Source of the DNA: an uncultured cyanobacterium
Lineage (GTDB): Bacteria; Cyanobacteriota; Cyanobacteriia; Phormidesmidales; Phormidesmidaceae
DNA length: 64,000 bases
Assembly: GCA_963793265.1 (NCBI GenBank)
Contig: CAWBZI010000001.1
Location: 1,216,001-1,280,000 of the forward strand
Reading direction: 5' to 3'
The translations under genes and the position numbers were made by a program. How positions within the stretch are numbered: the stretch's first letter is position 1; each line of letters opens with the position of its first letter. A model generated the notes under the pieces. The model did not search any database, was not told where the DNA came from, and saw only the letters and a program-made list of their open reading frames with translations. Positions 41,660 through 52,881 of this stretch are shown here, one piece after another.

Positions 41660-42449
41660 AAAAGGTTACAGCGGCCAAACCCATACGCATCAGCGGCTCC
41701 GTTGTCAGGTCGTTTAGAACCCCATATAACAAGGACGGCTGATGAGATAGCCTGCCCAAAAGTGCCCACAAGGCTTCTTGGCTTAACAGCAAAGCAACCG
41801 CTTAGTCTACTGGCTAGCTACCTGCTGCTCAGTGGTCGCCCAGAGTCTTAAGCTCGCATAACAAATCAAGCCACTTCTAGAAAAGGTGAATTAGTCTCTA
41901 AAAAAGCAAAAACCAGTCTTAAAATCTGGTTAGGCTCAAGTAGATCGCAAGCGGCTCTCTTCAGCAGGCGATCTGAGAAATAGTGATTGTTTTAACATTT
42001 TTCTTTACAGAATGTTACGAACTATACTGCGCGTCTTAAAACCCCGAAACCTTCTGAAACCTTTGTATATCAGCATTCATAATATTTTGTTATCAGAGTA
42101 TACAGAACTTCTAAAAGGAAACTTATCGTTGCCCTGGTAGTATTCTGAAAAGCATAGGTTTATCTGACGGGCGACTCCAACCCATTTGGGCAAGCACCCA
42201 CATCAGCACCCAAACCTAAGAGGCACGGGCTTTTCACAGCTTTAGCGATCGCGCTCTAGCCCACGTGTTAAAAACCGCCTCGCGCGCTTCGAACTTCTCA
42301 ATAGATCAGAGCATCGTCTAAGCCAATCGCTATTACACGTCGTAATTAGGGAAGGGGTTTTTAGGGCGCTGGGTGCGGGTCTTTCTCAATGAGATCCATG
42401 GAGTTCGGTCAATATCTAGTTTGATTCATAGGAAATAGACAGGAAATAG

Positions 42450-43886
<1,437 letters not shown>

Positions 43887-43951
43887 GTAAGAACTATCTA
43901 GATCGAAGCGATTTGGGTAAACGGTATCACCGCAGACAGGTTCTCAGGGCA

Positions 43952-43976
43952 ATCCTTCGCTAAGTTAGCGAAGGAT
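43952..43976. other. Palindrome between rbcL and rbcX
   Basis: ATCCTTCGCTAA-G-TTAGCGAAGGAT, perfect 12-bp arms. Confidence 0.7.
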
Positions 43977-44029
43977 ACCAGCCAACACAGCAGATTTATC
44001 GGAGTTCTTTTCAACAGGGCTTCCTTCAT

Positions 44030-44488
44030 ATGGATCTCAAGCGAATTGCGAAAGATACAACACAGGTGCTCACCAGCTACCTTACCTATCAAGCCGTTCG
44101 CACTGTGCTAAGCCAGCTTTTAGAAGCCAATCTGCCGCTGTTTCATCAGCTCAATGAGTTTGCGAGTCGTGAAAAGATCCAGGATGGAGAGGTGTTTATT
44201 ACCGATCTGTTCAAGGAGCACCCTGAGTTGGCTTTAAGAATAATGACGGTGCGGCAGCATATTGCCGAAGAAATTGGAGAATTTCTGCCAGAGATGGTCA
44301 CCAGCAATATTCAGCAAACCAACATGGGGCATCGCAAAAAGCACTTAGAGCGCATGACTCAGATGACCTCTGAAGAACTAGCGGCAAGCGCGGAAAAAAC
44401 AGACAGCTTAGAGCCACCTTCACAGCAAGGCACTGATACCTCTGAGCCAGAAACGCCCGATACCGAACGTCCAGATTCTTCGACTTAG
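44030..44488 (+). CDS. rbcX: RuBisCO assembly chaperone RbcX
   Basis: MDLKRIAKDT..LTSYLTYQAVRTV..LALRIMTVR. Confidence 0.97.
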   Translation: MDLKRIAKDTTQVLTSYLTYQAVRTVLSQLLEANLPLFHQLNEFASREKIQDGEVFITDLFKEHPELALRIMTVRQHIAEEIGEFLPEMVTSNIQQTNMGHRKKHLERMTQMTSEELAASAEKTDSLEPPSQQGTDTSEPETPDTERPDSST

Positions 44489-44603
44489 ACTCACTTAGAC
44501 TCTGTTCAAATTTCCCTAAACCTGTACAACAAGGCTGCAATAGCAATTCTCTCTAACCGGGGGCTAGCGCAGCCGAAGTCCATTTTCACACTGGAAGAAA
44601 TCC

Positions 44604-44957
44604 ATGAAAACTCTGCCTAAAGAGCGTCGGTATGAAACGCTTTCGTACCTTCCCCCCCTCACTGACCAACAGATCGAAAAGCAGATCAACTACTGTCTGC
44701 AAATGGGCTATATCCCTGCTGTTGAGTTCAATGAGAACTCTGATCCTGAAGTTTACTACTGGACAATGTGGAAGCTGCCTTTGTTTGGCGCAACCAGCAC
44801 TCGCGCGGTTCTAGACGAAGTGCAAGCTTGCCGCTCTGAGTACGGCAACTGCTTCATCCGCGTTGTTGGCTTTGATAACGTTAAGCAGTGTCAGGCTGTA
44901 AGCTTTATCGTTCACAAGCCCGGCAGCAACAACAGCGGCGGCGGCTACCGCTACTAA
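44604..44957 (+). CDS. rbcS: RuBisCO small subunit
   Basis: [30 protein letters not shown]. Confidence 0.99.
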   Translation: MKTLPKERRYETLSYLPPLTDQQIEKQINYCLQMGYIPAVEFNENSDPEVYYWTMWKLPLFGATSTRAVLDEVQACRSEYGNCFIRVVGFDNVKQCQAVSFIVHKPGSNNSGGGYRY

Positions 44958-45001
44958 GTACTAATCTAAATCGATTTTAGATCAGTGCTTCCATAGAATA
45001 G

Positions 45002-45040
45002 AAAGAGGGCGCTCAGTAATACTGGCCGCCCTCTTTTTTT
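45002..45040 (+). terminator. Intrinsic terminator of rbcLXS
   Basis: AAAGAGGGCG...CGCCCTC followed by a T run. Confidence 0.85.
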
Positions 45041-45192
45041 GAATGTGTCTTATGAACGGCACGAAGTCCAGAATATATTCCTCACGAACCCAGATACTAG
45101 AACTTGCAAGAGAGAATACAAGTTATTTTGAGTAGACGCTGAAAGTGGGAATGTGCGCTGGCATGGACATTTAACAAAAGGATCAAACAACA

Positions 45193-45573
45193 GTGCTAAT
45201 CACTAACAGCGGGCGCTTCTTTCGCATCGTGATTTCTATGGTGGTTTTTAGCGCAGTGTTTCTTTGGAGTGATGCTGCTGTGGCCGATCTGCAAAGTTCT
45301 CAGTTCAAAGAAAAACCTGCCACTTTAGTAGGCCCTCGTGAGAACTCTGCGATCGCTCTCTACATTCGTCCCGCACCCAACCAGCAGCCCGTCGGCTACG
45401 GCATGAGCGGCGATGCTGTCACCGTCACCGATCAGTTTGGTGACTACCTGATGGAAGACGATCCGAGCGCTACCTGGAGCCATATTCGCTTAGAAAAACC
45501 GCCCTATACCGAAGGCTGGCTAAGAGGAAGATTCTTGACAATGCAACCGGCAGATGGAACAGCTCAAGATTAG
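45193..45573 (+). CDS. Secreted SH3-like domain protein
   Basis: Signal peptide; IALYIRP..GYGMSGDAVTV..W..I..EGWLRGRF. Confidence 0.6.
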   Translation: MLITNSGRFFRIVISMVVFSAVFLWSDAAVADLQSSQFKEKPATLVGPRENSAIALYIRPAPNQQPVGYGMSGDAVTVTDQFGDYLMEDDPSATWSHIRLEKPPYTEGWLRGRFLTMQPADGTAQD

Positions 45574-45609
45574 ATAGTTTCCTTGTCTACATAGTTAGGC
45601 TCTATCTAT

Positions 45610-45908
45610 CTATACTGCAAAGAAACTGGTGAGCGATCGCACTACATCTTCCGGCGCTTCTTCTGGCACAAAATGCCCGCAGTCTAACGACTTCCCTTCC
45701 ACCTGCTCTGCATAGCGCCGCCAAACTGGCAGCACATCATAATTTTTCTCCATCGCCCCTTTACCACCCCACAGCACCAAAAGCGTTGATGGTTTTGAAG
45801 ATGTGGTGGGTAGGGACGATGTAGAAGAGGCGGGCCGTTGCCGCCTATACGAACGTGCAGGGCAACGTCGGTGAGCTGGACTTTTTGGATGGCGAAATTT
45901 GAGAACAT
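45610..45908 (-). pseudogene. Internally deleted alpha/beta hydrolase (haloacetate dehalogenase-like)
   Basis: The N-terminus MFSNF..LHVRIGGNGPPLL and C-terminus LLVLWG..DCGHFVPEEAPE lie in different frames about 40 nt apart; the core is missing. Confidence 0.85.
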
Positions 45909-46007
45909 AGGGGTTTAGCGGGTTAAGAGGCGATGGACACTCAATCAATCGGGTAGAACTAAAATAGAGCATATATAGTCAGAAACTTGATTGGAAAGGT
46001 GGTCGGT

Positions 46008-47087
46008 ATGGACGCAGCAGTGATTCGCCAGGGTGAGCTGGTAGGGCGAGGGGTGATGGCGTATGAGACGACTGAGGAAGTAGGCGCTGTGGCTCACTTG
46101 TTGGTAGATGTGCGGCGTTCGGCGGTGGTGGGCCTGGCTTGCAAGACGGGCGGGCTGATGGGACGAAAGCAGGCTTTGGGCTGGACGCAGCTTGTGAAGA
46201 TTGGGCGCGATAGTTTGATTGTGCGGATGGAGGCTGCGCCTGATTGGGTAGTGGCGAGTGAGGCGGAGCTGACAGCGGCTCAGGATATGACGGGGTTGGA
46301 AGTGTGGACGGATGGGGGCGATCACATCGGTCACATTGTTGATTTTTGCCTGGATCAATCAACTGGCGAAGTACAACAATATCTATTTGCGCTTGATGCT
46401 GAGTCAAATGAACTGTTGCAACCTGCACTTGAAAGAGAACCAGAGACTCCTGCCGACAGCCGCTCAGATGAGCCTTTAGGCATTGAAAAACCTGTGCCTA
46501 GTGATGAAAAGGTAGTGGCCGAGAGCGTGACGGTGTATAGCATTGAGCCGCAGGCCGTGATTAGCGCCGGGCGTAAGCGGATGATGATTTCTGAGACGGC
46601 AGCTAGGCAGGCTGACCCCTACAAGCAATTGTTGAACATTGCAGCGCCACAGACAGAAAGGCCGGTAAGCTGGAGGTCTGAGCAGCTACCGGAGATGCCA
46701 ACAGATTTTGGTGCTTTGTTGCAAAAGGGCCAGTCGATGGCAGGCAAGGTGACAGAGCAGGTGCGGCAGCGGGCGAAGCAGTTTACAGATCAGCAGCTTG
46801 CGAATCAGGAGTTTGTGGCGGGCGATTCGCTGCCAGATATCACCGAACAGCTTCAGGAAAAGGCGCAGCAGGCCCGGCAGCAGATGCAGACGCAGTTTGG
46901 GAAGGTACGCGATCGCGCTAAAGATCAGCTAGATCTCGAAAAACTAGACATTGATAAGACGCCGTTAGGAAAAATGCCGTTTGGGCGATCGCTCGGTAAA
47001 ACGCTCGATAAGTTCAAGCGCCCTCAGCGGCCTACCGTAGATCCGATTGATGTAGATGCCTTTGAGGTGTGGGAAGAAGACGAATAA
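46008..47087 (+). CDS. PRC-barrel domain protein
   Basis: Two PRC-like units (ELVGRGV..EVGAV..; GLEVWTDGGDHIGHIVDF) and a Q/K-rich tail. Confidence 0.75.
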   Translation: MDAAVIRQGELVGRGVMAYETTEEVGAVAHLLVDVRRSAVVGLACKTGGLMGRKQALGWTQLVKIGRDSLIVRMEAAPDWVVASEAELTAAQDMTGLEVWTDGGDHIGHIVDFCLDQSTGEVQQYLFALDAESNELLQPALEREPETPADSRSDEPLGIEKPVPSDEKVVAESVTVYSIEPQAVISAGRKRMMISETAARQADPYKQLLNIAAPQTERPVSWRSEQLPEMPTDFGALLQKGQSMAGKVTEQVRQRAKQFTDQQLANQEFVAGDSLPDITEQLQEKAQQARQQMQTQFGKVRDRAKDQLDLEKLDIDKTPLGKMPFGRSLGKTLDKFKRPQRPTVDPIDVDAFEVWEEDE

Positions 47088-47178
47088 GACAAATGATGAC
47101 AACCTTGCCCTAAATGCGCTCTAATCAGCATATCTATCAAGGAGAGTTCCTTTTTATCCCTCTTCAAAAGATTAATCG

Positions 47179-49287
47179 ATGGTTAGCCAAAGCAACGGCA
47201 TTTTTGCAGAAAGCGCGTTTACGAAGCCTGCTGAGGGTGACGCTTTAACCTGTTCTATTTTGGTTGTCGGCGGATCGACAGCGGCCTATTCGGCGGCTTT
47301 GGTAGCGCTGCAAATGAATGTGGATGTGTGCCTGGTGCAGCCGCAAAAGATGGTGGGCGGGCAGTTTACGGCCCAGGGACTGCCTGCCTCAGATGACGGC
47401 GACTTGCTTAAGCAGCGGGCGAGCTTTAGTACGGTTGATGGGGAGGCGTTTGCGCTTTCTAAAAATCAAAGGTGGTTTCGCGATCGCCAGCGTCAGCTTC
47501 AGCCAGTGGGGGGCCGCATTCAGCAAAATCCTGGGGGTGCGTGGGTATGTCCAATTACAACGACGCCTGTAGTCGCCGCAACCGCGATGAACGAGCGACT
47601 GATTCCTTACCTGAACAATGGCAAGCTTCGGCTGATAGTGCAAAGTGAACCGATTGAAGTGCTGATGGCCCAGTCAGTAGAGGAAGCTCAGGCTCAAGCT
47701 GAGCGATCGCGCGTGACTGGCGTGAAGTTTCGCGATTTGGCAGGTCGCACCTTTACAGTTACCGCTCAGGTGACGATTGAAGCAACAGACTTTGGCGACC
47801 TTTTAGATATTGCGAATCTGCCGTCTCGGGTGGGGCAAGAGTCGCGCTTTGATACGGGTGAGGCGATTTTGCGTGATGAGGCCGTGCCCGAGTGCCAGCA
47901 GTCCTTTACGTTTAACGTGGTGGTAGAGCGCACCGCACCGGGGGGCGGGCAAGTTATGGCAAAGCCTGAGGGCTATGGCCGCGAGCCCTGGCTGAACCTG
48001 CGCGACTTTACCGGCGACTACTGGATCTTGAAGCCTAGAGGATGGGACAAACGCGATTTTTTCGCACCCTATGGCATCTTTCGCTATCGGCGGCTCAAAC
48101 GTGTCTCCACCTACGAGAAAGCTATCAGCGTTGGAGATGTGTCGGTGATTAACTGGGGCACCTCGGCGCATCCTGAGCGGGGCGAATGCTGTGGGAATGA
48201 TTTTCGGCGGGGGGCGTTAATTGGCATCAGTCGGCAGGAGCGGGCGGTTTTGATTGAGCGGGCACGCGATCGCGCCAAAGCCTACGTCCACTATCTACAA
48301 ACCCACGGCAGCAGCGATCTCAAGCCTCGGGGCGATTTTACCTGGAGCCCAGACGGCATTGCCTTAGAACCCTACATCCGCGAAGCCCGCCGAGGCATTG
48401 CGCTGTCCACCATCCGCCATGAAGACGTAGCCGAAAGCTTTTTTCCTGGCCAGGCCCGCGCTCGCACCTTCGATGACAGCTTAGGCATTGGTCAATATCA
48501 CTACCTAGACTTGCACGGCAATTTACAAGTGGGCCACATTACTCCCAAAGGCAAAGACGCTGCCGCGCTACCGTTTTCTCTCCCGGCCAAATCGCTAGTG
48601 CCGATGACCACTGACGGGCTAGTGCTCTCAGCTAAGAGCATCGGGACGACGCATATTACCAACGCGGCCTATCGAATGCACCCGATGGAGTGGGCGATCG
48701 GCGAGGCCAGCGGATTTTTAGCGGTGTTTAGCGTGTGGGCTGATGTGAGCCCGCGCACAATTGTAGAAACAGTACCGCTGTTGCGTAAGCTTCAAGGATT
48801 CATGGCACGCAACGGCATTCCCATTTTTTGGTTTGATGATGTGGGGCACGATGACCCCGACTTTGAGCCGATTCAGGTAATGGCGACCACAGGCATCATT
48901 CGCAGTGAAAATGCGAATAACCTGCACTTTCGGCCCTACGCGAATGTGTCTCGGGCGGTGGTTTCGACAGCGCTGGTAAGTTTGTTGAACTTAGAAAAAG
49001 TGAGCCCAGCTAGACCCAGTTTTTCTGACGTTCGCCCCGGTGAGCACTGGGCCTATAGCAATATCGAGACGCTGAAGGCGCAAGGGATGATTGCAGGCGT
49101 TGGCGGCGGTCGGTTTGCTCCAGATGAGATGATTACGCGCAAGCAGCTTTCCTTTTTAATTAAAGCGGCAGTGCCCGCAGCGCATTCGCTGGCGTTCGCG
49201 AATTTGAGTCAGGATAATCAAAAGCTAACGCGCCGCGAGCTGTCGAGAGCATTTTACGCGCTGATGAAACATCAGTTTGATATCTAA
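47179..49287 (+). CDS. FAD-dependent oxidoreductase with C-terminal SLH domains
   Basis: ILVVGGSTAA, GGQFT, IEATDFGDL, PYIREARR; SLH: FSDV..HWAY..G.I.G..GRFAPD..ITR. Confidence 0.85.
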   Translation: MVSQSNGIFAESAFTKPAEGDALTCSILVVGGSTAAYSAALVALQMNVDVCLVQPQKMVGGQFTAQGLPASDDGDLLKQRASFSTVDGEAFALSKNQRWFRDRQRQLQPVGGRIQQNPGGAWVCPITTTPVVAATAMNERLIPYLNNGKLRLIVQSEPIEVLMAQSVEEAQAQAERSRVTGVKFRDLAGRTFTVTAQVTIEATDFGDLLDIANLPSRVGQESRFDTGEAILRDEAVPECQQSFTFNVVVERTAPGGGQVMAKPEGYGREPWLNLRDFTGDYWILKPRGWDKRDFFAPYGIFRYRRLKRVSTYEKAISVGDVSVINWGTSAHPERGECCGNDFRRGALIGISRQERAVLIERARDRAKAYVHYLQTHGSSDLKPRGDFTWSPDGIALEPYIREARRGIALSTIRHEDVAESFFPGQARARTFDDSLGIGQYHYLDLHGNLQVGHITPKGKDAAALPFSLPAKSLVPMTTDGLVLSAKSIGTTHITNAAYRMHPMEWAIGEASGFLAVFSVWADVSPRTIVETVPLLRKLQGFMARNGIPIFWFDDVGHDDPDFEPIQVMATTGIIRSENANNLHFRPYANVSRAVVSTALVSLLNLEKVSPARPSFSDVRPGEHWAYSNIETLKAQGMIAGVGGGRFAPDEMITRKQLSFLIKAAVPAAHSLAFANLSQDNQKLTRRELSRAFYALMKHQFDI

Positions 49288-49303
49288 GCTATACCAGCGA
49301 ACT

Positions 49304-49330
49304 GTAGGGGCTCAAGGCTTTGCACCCTCC
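49304..49330 (+). repeat. Degenerate GTAG-family REP-like element
   Basis: GTAGGGGCTCAAGGCTTTGCACCCTCC, 16 nt after a stop codon. Confidence 0.5.
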
Positions 49331-49547
49331 AGCTCTCCGGCACAGCAAACAGTCAAATTTTCGATCCCAAGCTCTAGAAACTAACCGAAAGCAGAGTAAG
49401 TCACATGTATATAGAAGCAATGCGCTAAGCGTATCTATCCCATAGCAAATAAGCATACATGCTTACGAAGCCATACTAATTTGTGCTTATCTTTATGAAA
49501 TAATAAGTATATTCACACAAACCTTTTGCGGCACGTTGCACTTAAAA

Positions 49548-50717
49548 ATGCTTTCAAACATCATCCCCCGCTACAAATCCGCTTTACCGCTGGTGTTAAT
49601 GGCTTCACCATTGCTATTAGCAGCAAAGCCTATGGATCTAGAAGACCGTGGTTTTGTTTGCAACATTGATAGACCGTCTGCGGCTGAGGGGTCTGGTCAA
49701 TATTCAGAACAATATTCACAGGAGGCGGAAGAGCGGGCGATCGCGCAACCTATCTCCACGCAATACCAAGCGCTAGTGAACTCAGAGCAAGAGCTGTCTG
49801 CGTTCTCTAGAGCGCGTTGGGCCACAGCGCTACGACTGCTGCTGTCTAATCCATATGTCAATGAAACCGCGACCTCGCCTGGCGGTGTGAGAACGAGCCC
49901 GGCTACGGCCCCGACACAAAACGACTGCTTAGCAAGTGCAACGGGTGAGATCTTCTTGAGCCAAGAGCCGGATCTACTGCCTGTGTTAGGCCCGCCGCCT
50001 TCGCAACCTATAAATCAGCCCGTTAATCGGCCAGTTGTGACACCGCCAGTCGTACCCCCCCCAGTCGTAACGCCACCTGCGCCATCTGTTCGCCCAGCGC
50101 CCGCGGCAGTTACGCCAACCGCACCCACGACGCCAACAATGCCGACGACCGTTACCCCTCTACCTGCGCCAGTTTCGCCTACGCCCGCTACGATAGATGC
50201 CCCTTCAGGCCTATCTACCGGCCCCGCCTCTTTCGACCCTAGTAACATCACGCCGACGACCGTTGACCCCACGCCGTTCGACGGTCTAACGATTTCAACG
50301 CTTGCCTCTAAGCCCGACGGCAACTATCGCTACCTAGCGGGCGCTGCTGAACAGCGCGCCTATACAGATGAAGAGCTTCAGCAGCAGGGCGGCTCCATTT
50401 TTGTGCTCAAAAAGGAAGGCAATCGGATCACTGGCAGCCTATTGCCTCGCCTTGGCTCACCAGGTATTTGTGTGACTGGTGTTGCGAGCGGCAATACGGT
50501 GTCGGGGTTTGCGTACCCTGATGGGGACGCGCAGCCTCAAAGCAATTTGCCGGGGGCGCTGCAAGTTCGACAGGTGCGTACGGAAGATGAAGGCTTCTAC
50601 TATGCTGGGGCGGTTTTAGATCTCTCTGGCTTTACGCCGATTAATGCAGGCGCTAGCCTGCCGCCCGAGCGCTGTGCTGTCAGTCCTTCGACGGTTGCCA
50701 CTGAGACTAAAGAATAG
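49548..50717 (+). CDS. Secreted hypothetical protein with Pro/Thr linker; C-domain shared with the next gene
   Basis: Hydrophobic leader; PPVV/PT low-complexity linker; C-domain starts TLASKPDGNYRY. Confidence 0.75.
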   Translation: MLSNIIPRYKSALPLVLMASPLLLAAKPMDLEDRGFVCNIDRPSAAEGSGQYSEQYSQEAEERAIAQPISTQYQALVNSEQELSAFSRARWATALRLLLSNPYVNETATSPGGVRTSPATAPTQNDCLASATGEIFLSQEPDLLPVLGPPPSQPINQPVNRPVVTPPVVPPPVVTPPAPSVRPAPAAVTPTAPTTPTMPTTVTPLPAPVSPTPATIDAPSGLSTGPASFDPSNITPTTVDPTPFDGLTISTLASKPDGNYRYLAGAAEQRAYTDEELQQQGGSIFVLKKEGNRITGSLLPRLGSPGICVTGVASGNTVSGFAYPDGDAQPQSNLPGALQVRQVRTEDEGFYYAGAVLDLSGFTPINAGASLPPERCAVSPSTVATETKE

Positions 50718-50841
50718 GCGTATCAGCAGTGACAGCAGAAAGCTGGCGCGTTAATTTCCGTATAATCACGGTATAGTGAACCTACACGGGTGCTGATCAA
50801 TACATCAGCGGGATAAGCCTTCTTATCTCTTCATTTAAGCC

Positions 50842-51795
50842 ATGTTTAATCGTCTTTTTATCACTGCTGCGATCGCCCTTCCCTTCGTAGCCCTCACCCC
50901 TTTTTCTGCAGCGGCTCAAATACAAATTATTCGCATCAGACAATCAACCTTCGATCGCCCGCTGCTTAGGGGCACGCCGCAGTTTATTGTGTGTGGCTAC
51001 AGTCCTTCTGTTCGCCCTAATCCGCTAGGTCAGCAGGCTTCTATCACGGTGAGCGAAGTTGATGGTAGCAGTACTTTTCGCTACAACGGGCCTGACGGAG
51101 CGCGATCGCTCACGCTACCCGGTACCTCTATTCGGTTCGCTCGCCGTCAGCTCGTTAACAGCCCGGCTCAGTACGCTGCGCTAATCGGGCGATCACTCAA
51201 CGATCCGATTGTTCTAAGAGGGTTTAGCTCAGTTGATAGGCTACTGTCTTGCGAAGATGCAAACGAAAGGAGTGCAGCGAATAATGTTCGCTTTGATGCC
51301 TCTGGTGCAGTTACGAATGCGATTAGAGATACGGCTGGTAGAGGTGTTTTGCGCACCACTGTTTCGACGCGTAGTAGTCGATCCGATGCAGATAGGGTAA
51401 CGACTATAGCGAGCTTGCCCGATGGTAACTACCGCTTTACAACGGCTCGGGCTAGCTCAGGCGGTGGCTCTATTAATGGCGTGCTACAAGATAGCGGCGA
51501 TCGCACGTTCACTTTCCGCAAAGCGGGCGAGTCAGTCACCGGCAACTTTGTTTATGTCGATAGTGGTGAAAGCGCCTGCGTAAGTGGCATTGTGCAAGGC
51601 AACACCGTTGTTGGTCAGGCTGTGAGCAATAGCTTCGGCACAGATGTGTTGGGCCAAAGGTATTTAGGCTCGGGACTGTCTTTGCGACTAGAAGAGAATA
51701 GTGGCAACTTTTACAACAATGCCACCCTCAGCCTCGGCGGATTCTCTCGCATCGATGCAGGTGATGTGCAGCCGCCCGCAAGCTGCCGTTCCTAA
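50842..51795 (+). CDS. Secreted hypothetical protein with paralogous C-domain
   Basis: Signal peptide ending AAA-Q; C-domain starts TIASLPDGNYRF. Confidence 0.75.
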   Translation: MFNRLFITAAIALPFVALTPFSAAAQIQIIRIRQSTFDRPLLRGTPQFIVCGYSPSVRPNPLGQQASITVSEVDGSSTFRYNGPDGARSLTLPGTSIRFARRQLVNSPAQYAALIGRSLNDPIVLRGFSSVDRLLSCEDANERSAANNVRFDASGAVTNAIRDTAGRGVLRTTVSTRSSRSDADRVTTIASLPDGNYRFTTARASSGGGSINGVLQDSGDRTFTFRKAGESVTGNFVYVDSGESACVSGIVQGNTVVGQAVSNSFGTDVLGQRYLGSGLSLRLEENSGNFYNNATLSLGGFSRIDAGDVQPPASCRS

Positions 51796-51803
51796 GCTCA
51801 ACC

Positions 51804-52322
51804 TTAAGCTTCAACAAAGTTCAAGGCAACACCGTTCATACAGTAGCGCTTGCCCGTAGGCTTAGGGCCATCGTTGAACACATGGCCCAGATGTCCGCCG
51901 CAGCTACTACAGTGCACCTCGGTTCGACTCATCATCAGAGAGTTGTCTATTGTGGTTGCGATCGCGCCCTCAATCGGCGCATAAAAGCTGGGCCAGCCGG
52001 TACGACTGTCAAACTTAGTGCTAGAAGAGAATAGCGGTTGGCTACAGCCCGCACAGGTATAAGTGCCTTTTGCTGTTTGCTTATCGAGCGGACTGCTAAA
52101 GGGCCGTTCTGTTTTCTCTTCTCTAAGCACGCCAAACTCTTCTGGCGTTAAAACCTTTCGCCATTCCGCTGGCGTTTTTACAACCTCAAAATTGCCGCTT
52201 GAAGCGGTGGATGTGTCTGCTTGTGAAGCCGTTTTCTCTTTTGCTAGCGAGGGTAGATAGCGAGATAGCGCAACGGCACCGATAGCCACCGCACCTGTTT
52301 GCATAAGATAGCGTTTTTTCAT
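51804..52322 (-). CDS. msrB: Peptide-methionine (R)-S-oxide reductase with export signal
   Basis: CAGC, KFDSRTGWPSF, CSSCGGHLGHVF.DGP, RYCMN. Confidence 0.96.
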   Translation of the reverse strand: MKKRYLMQTGAVAIGAVALSRYLPSLAKEKTASQADTSTASSGNFEVVKTPAEWRKVLTPEEFGVLREEKTERPFSSPLDKQTAKGTYTCAGCSQPLFSSSTKFDSRTGWPSFYAPIEGAIATTIDNSLMMSRTEVHCSSCGGHLGHVFNDGPKPTGKRYCMNGVALNFVEA

Positions 52323-52561
52323 AGTCACCGCTTGTTAAAGAACTGTATTCATACTTTAAACAACCGTCCTGAAACCTGACTGAGCTGAAAATAAGGAAAC
52401 TCTCATTTTTTCCAGTCAGATCAAAGGATCAGTAACCTAGTAAGTCTTTGTATCAATTGAGTCAGTGAAAGAATAGTTCTACTTATCTTGATGTAATGCT
52501 GTCGGCCTTTGGTATGACATAGGGTAGGCTATATCTTTCCTCTTTGTATCGAGAAAAATTG

Positions 52562-52756
52562 ATGAGCCGTAGAAGACCTAGTTTAGTGACGACAATTGGC
52601 CTTTACTCAGGCGGTGTCCTTTTCGTGATTTTTGCCGTATTGCTGTTGTTACAAGCCACGGGTATTATCCCGGCTGTATCTGGTACTGTTTACGGTGCGT
52701 TAGTTATGCTTGCTGTGGGCTGCGGACTGCTCTACGGCATCGGTCGTCGCGCCTAG
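52562..52756 (+). CDS. Small two-TM protein (64 aa)
   Basis: Basic N-terminus, two hydrophobic helices, basic C-terminus. Confidence 0.6.
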   Translation: MSRRRPSLVTTIGLYSGGVLFVIFAVLLLLQATGIIPAVSGTVYGALVMLAVGCGLLYGIGRRA

Positions 52757-52823
52757 CCTGAGCCTTTATTTTGATAAATAAACGTCAGCCTGGAACACTA
52801 TAGCCTTAGGCTCTGTTATACAG

Positions 52824-52870
52824 CAAAGTGTGGATGTATCCGTATGTGAAAAGGATATATCCACACTTTG
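52824..52870. terminator. Long inverted repeat between convergent genes
   Basis: CAAAGTGTGGATGTATCC-11nt-GGATATATCCACACTTTG followed by a T-rich run. Confidence 0.7.
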
Positions 52871-52881
52871 TTTTTGTGCGA

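Noticed and set aside
44483..44502. CTTAGACTC direct repeat at the rbcX stop
   Set aside because: A short local duplication with no evidence of function or of an insertion.
45945..46428. Pro-rich antisense ORFs opposite the PRC-barrel gene, and similar shadow ORFs elsewhere
   Set aside because: By-products of local G/C skew and codon structure on the real coding strand.
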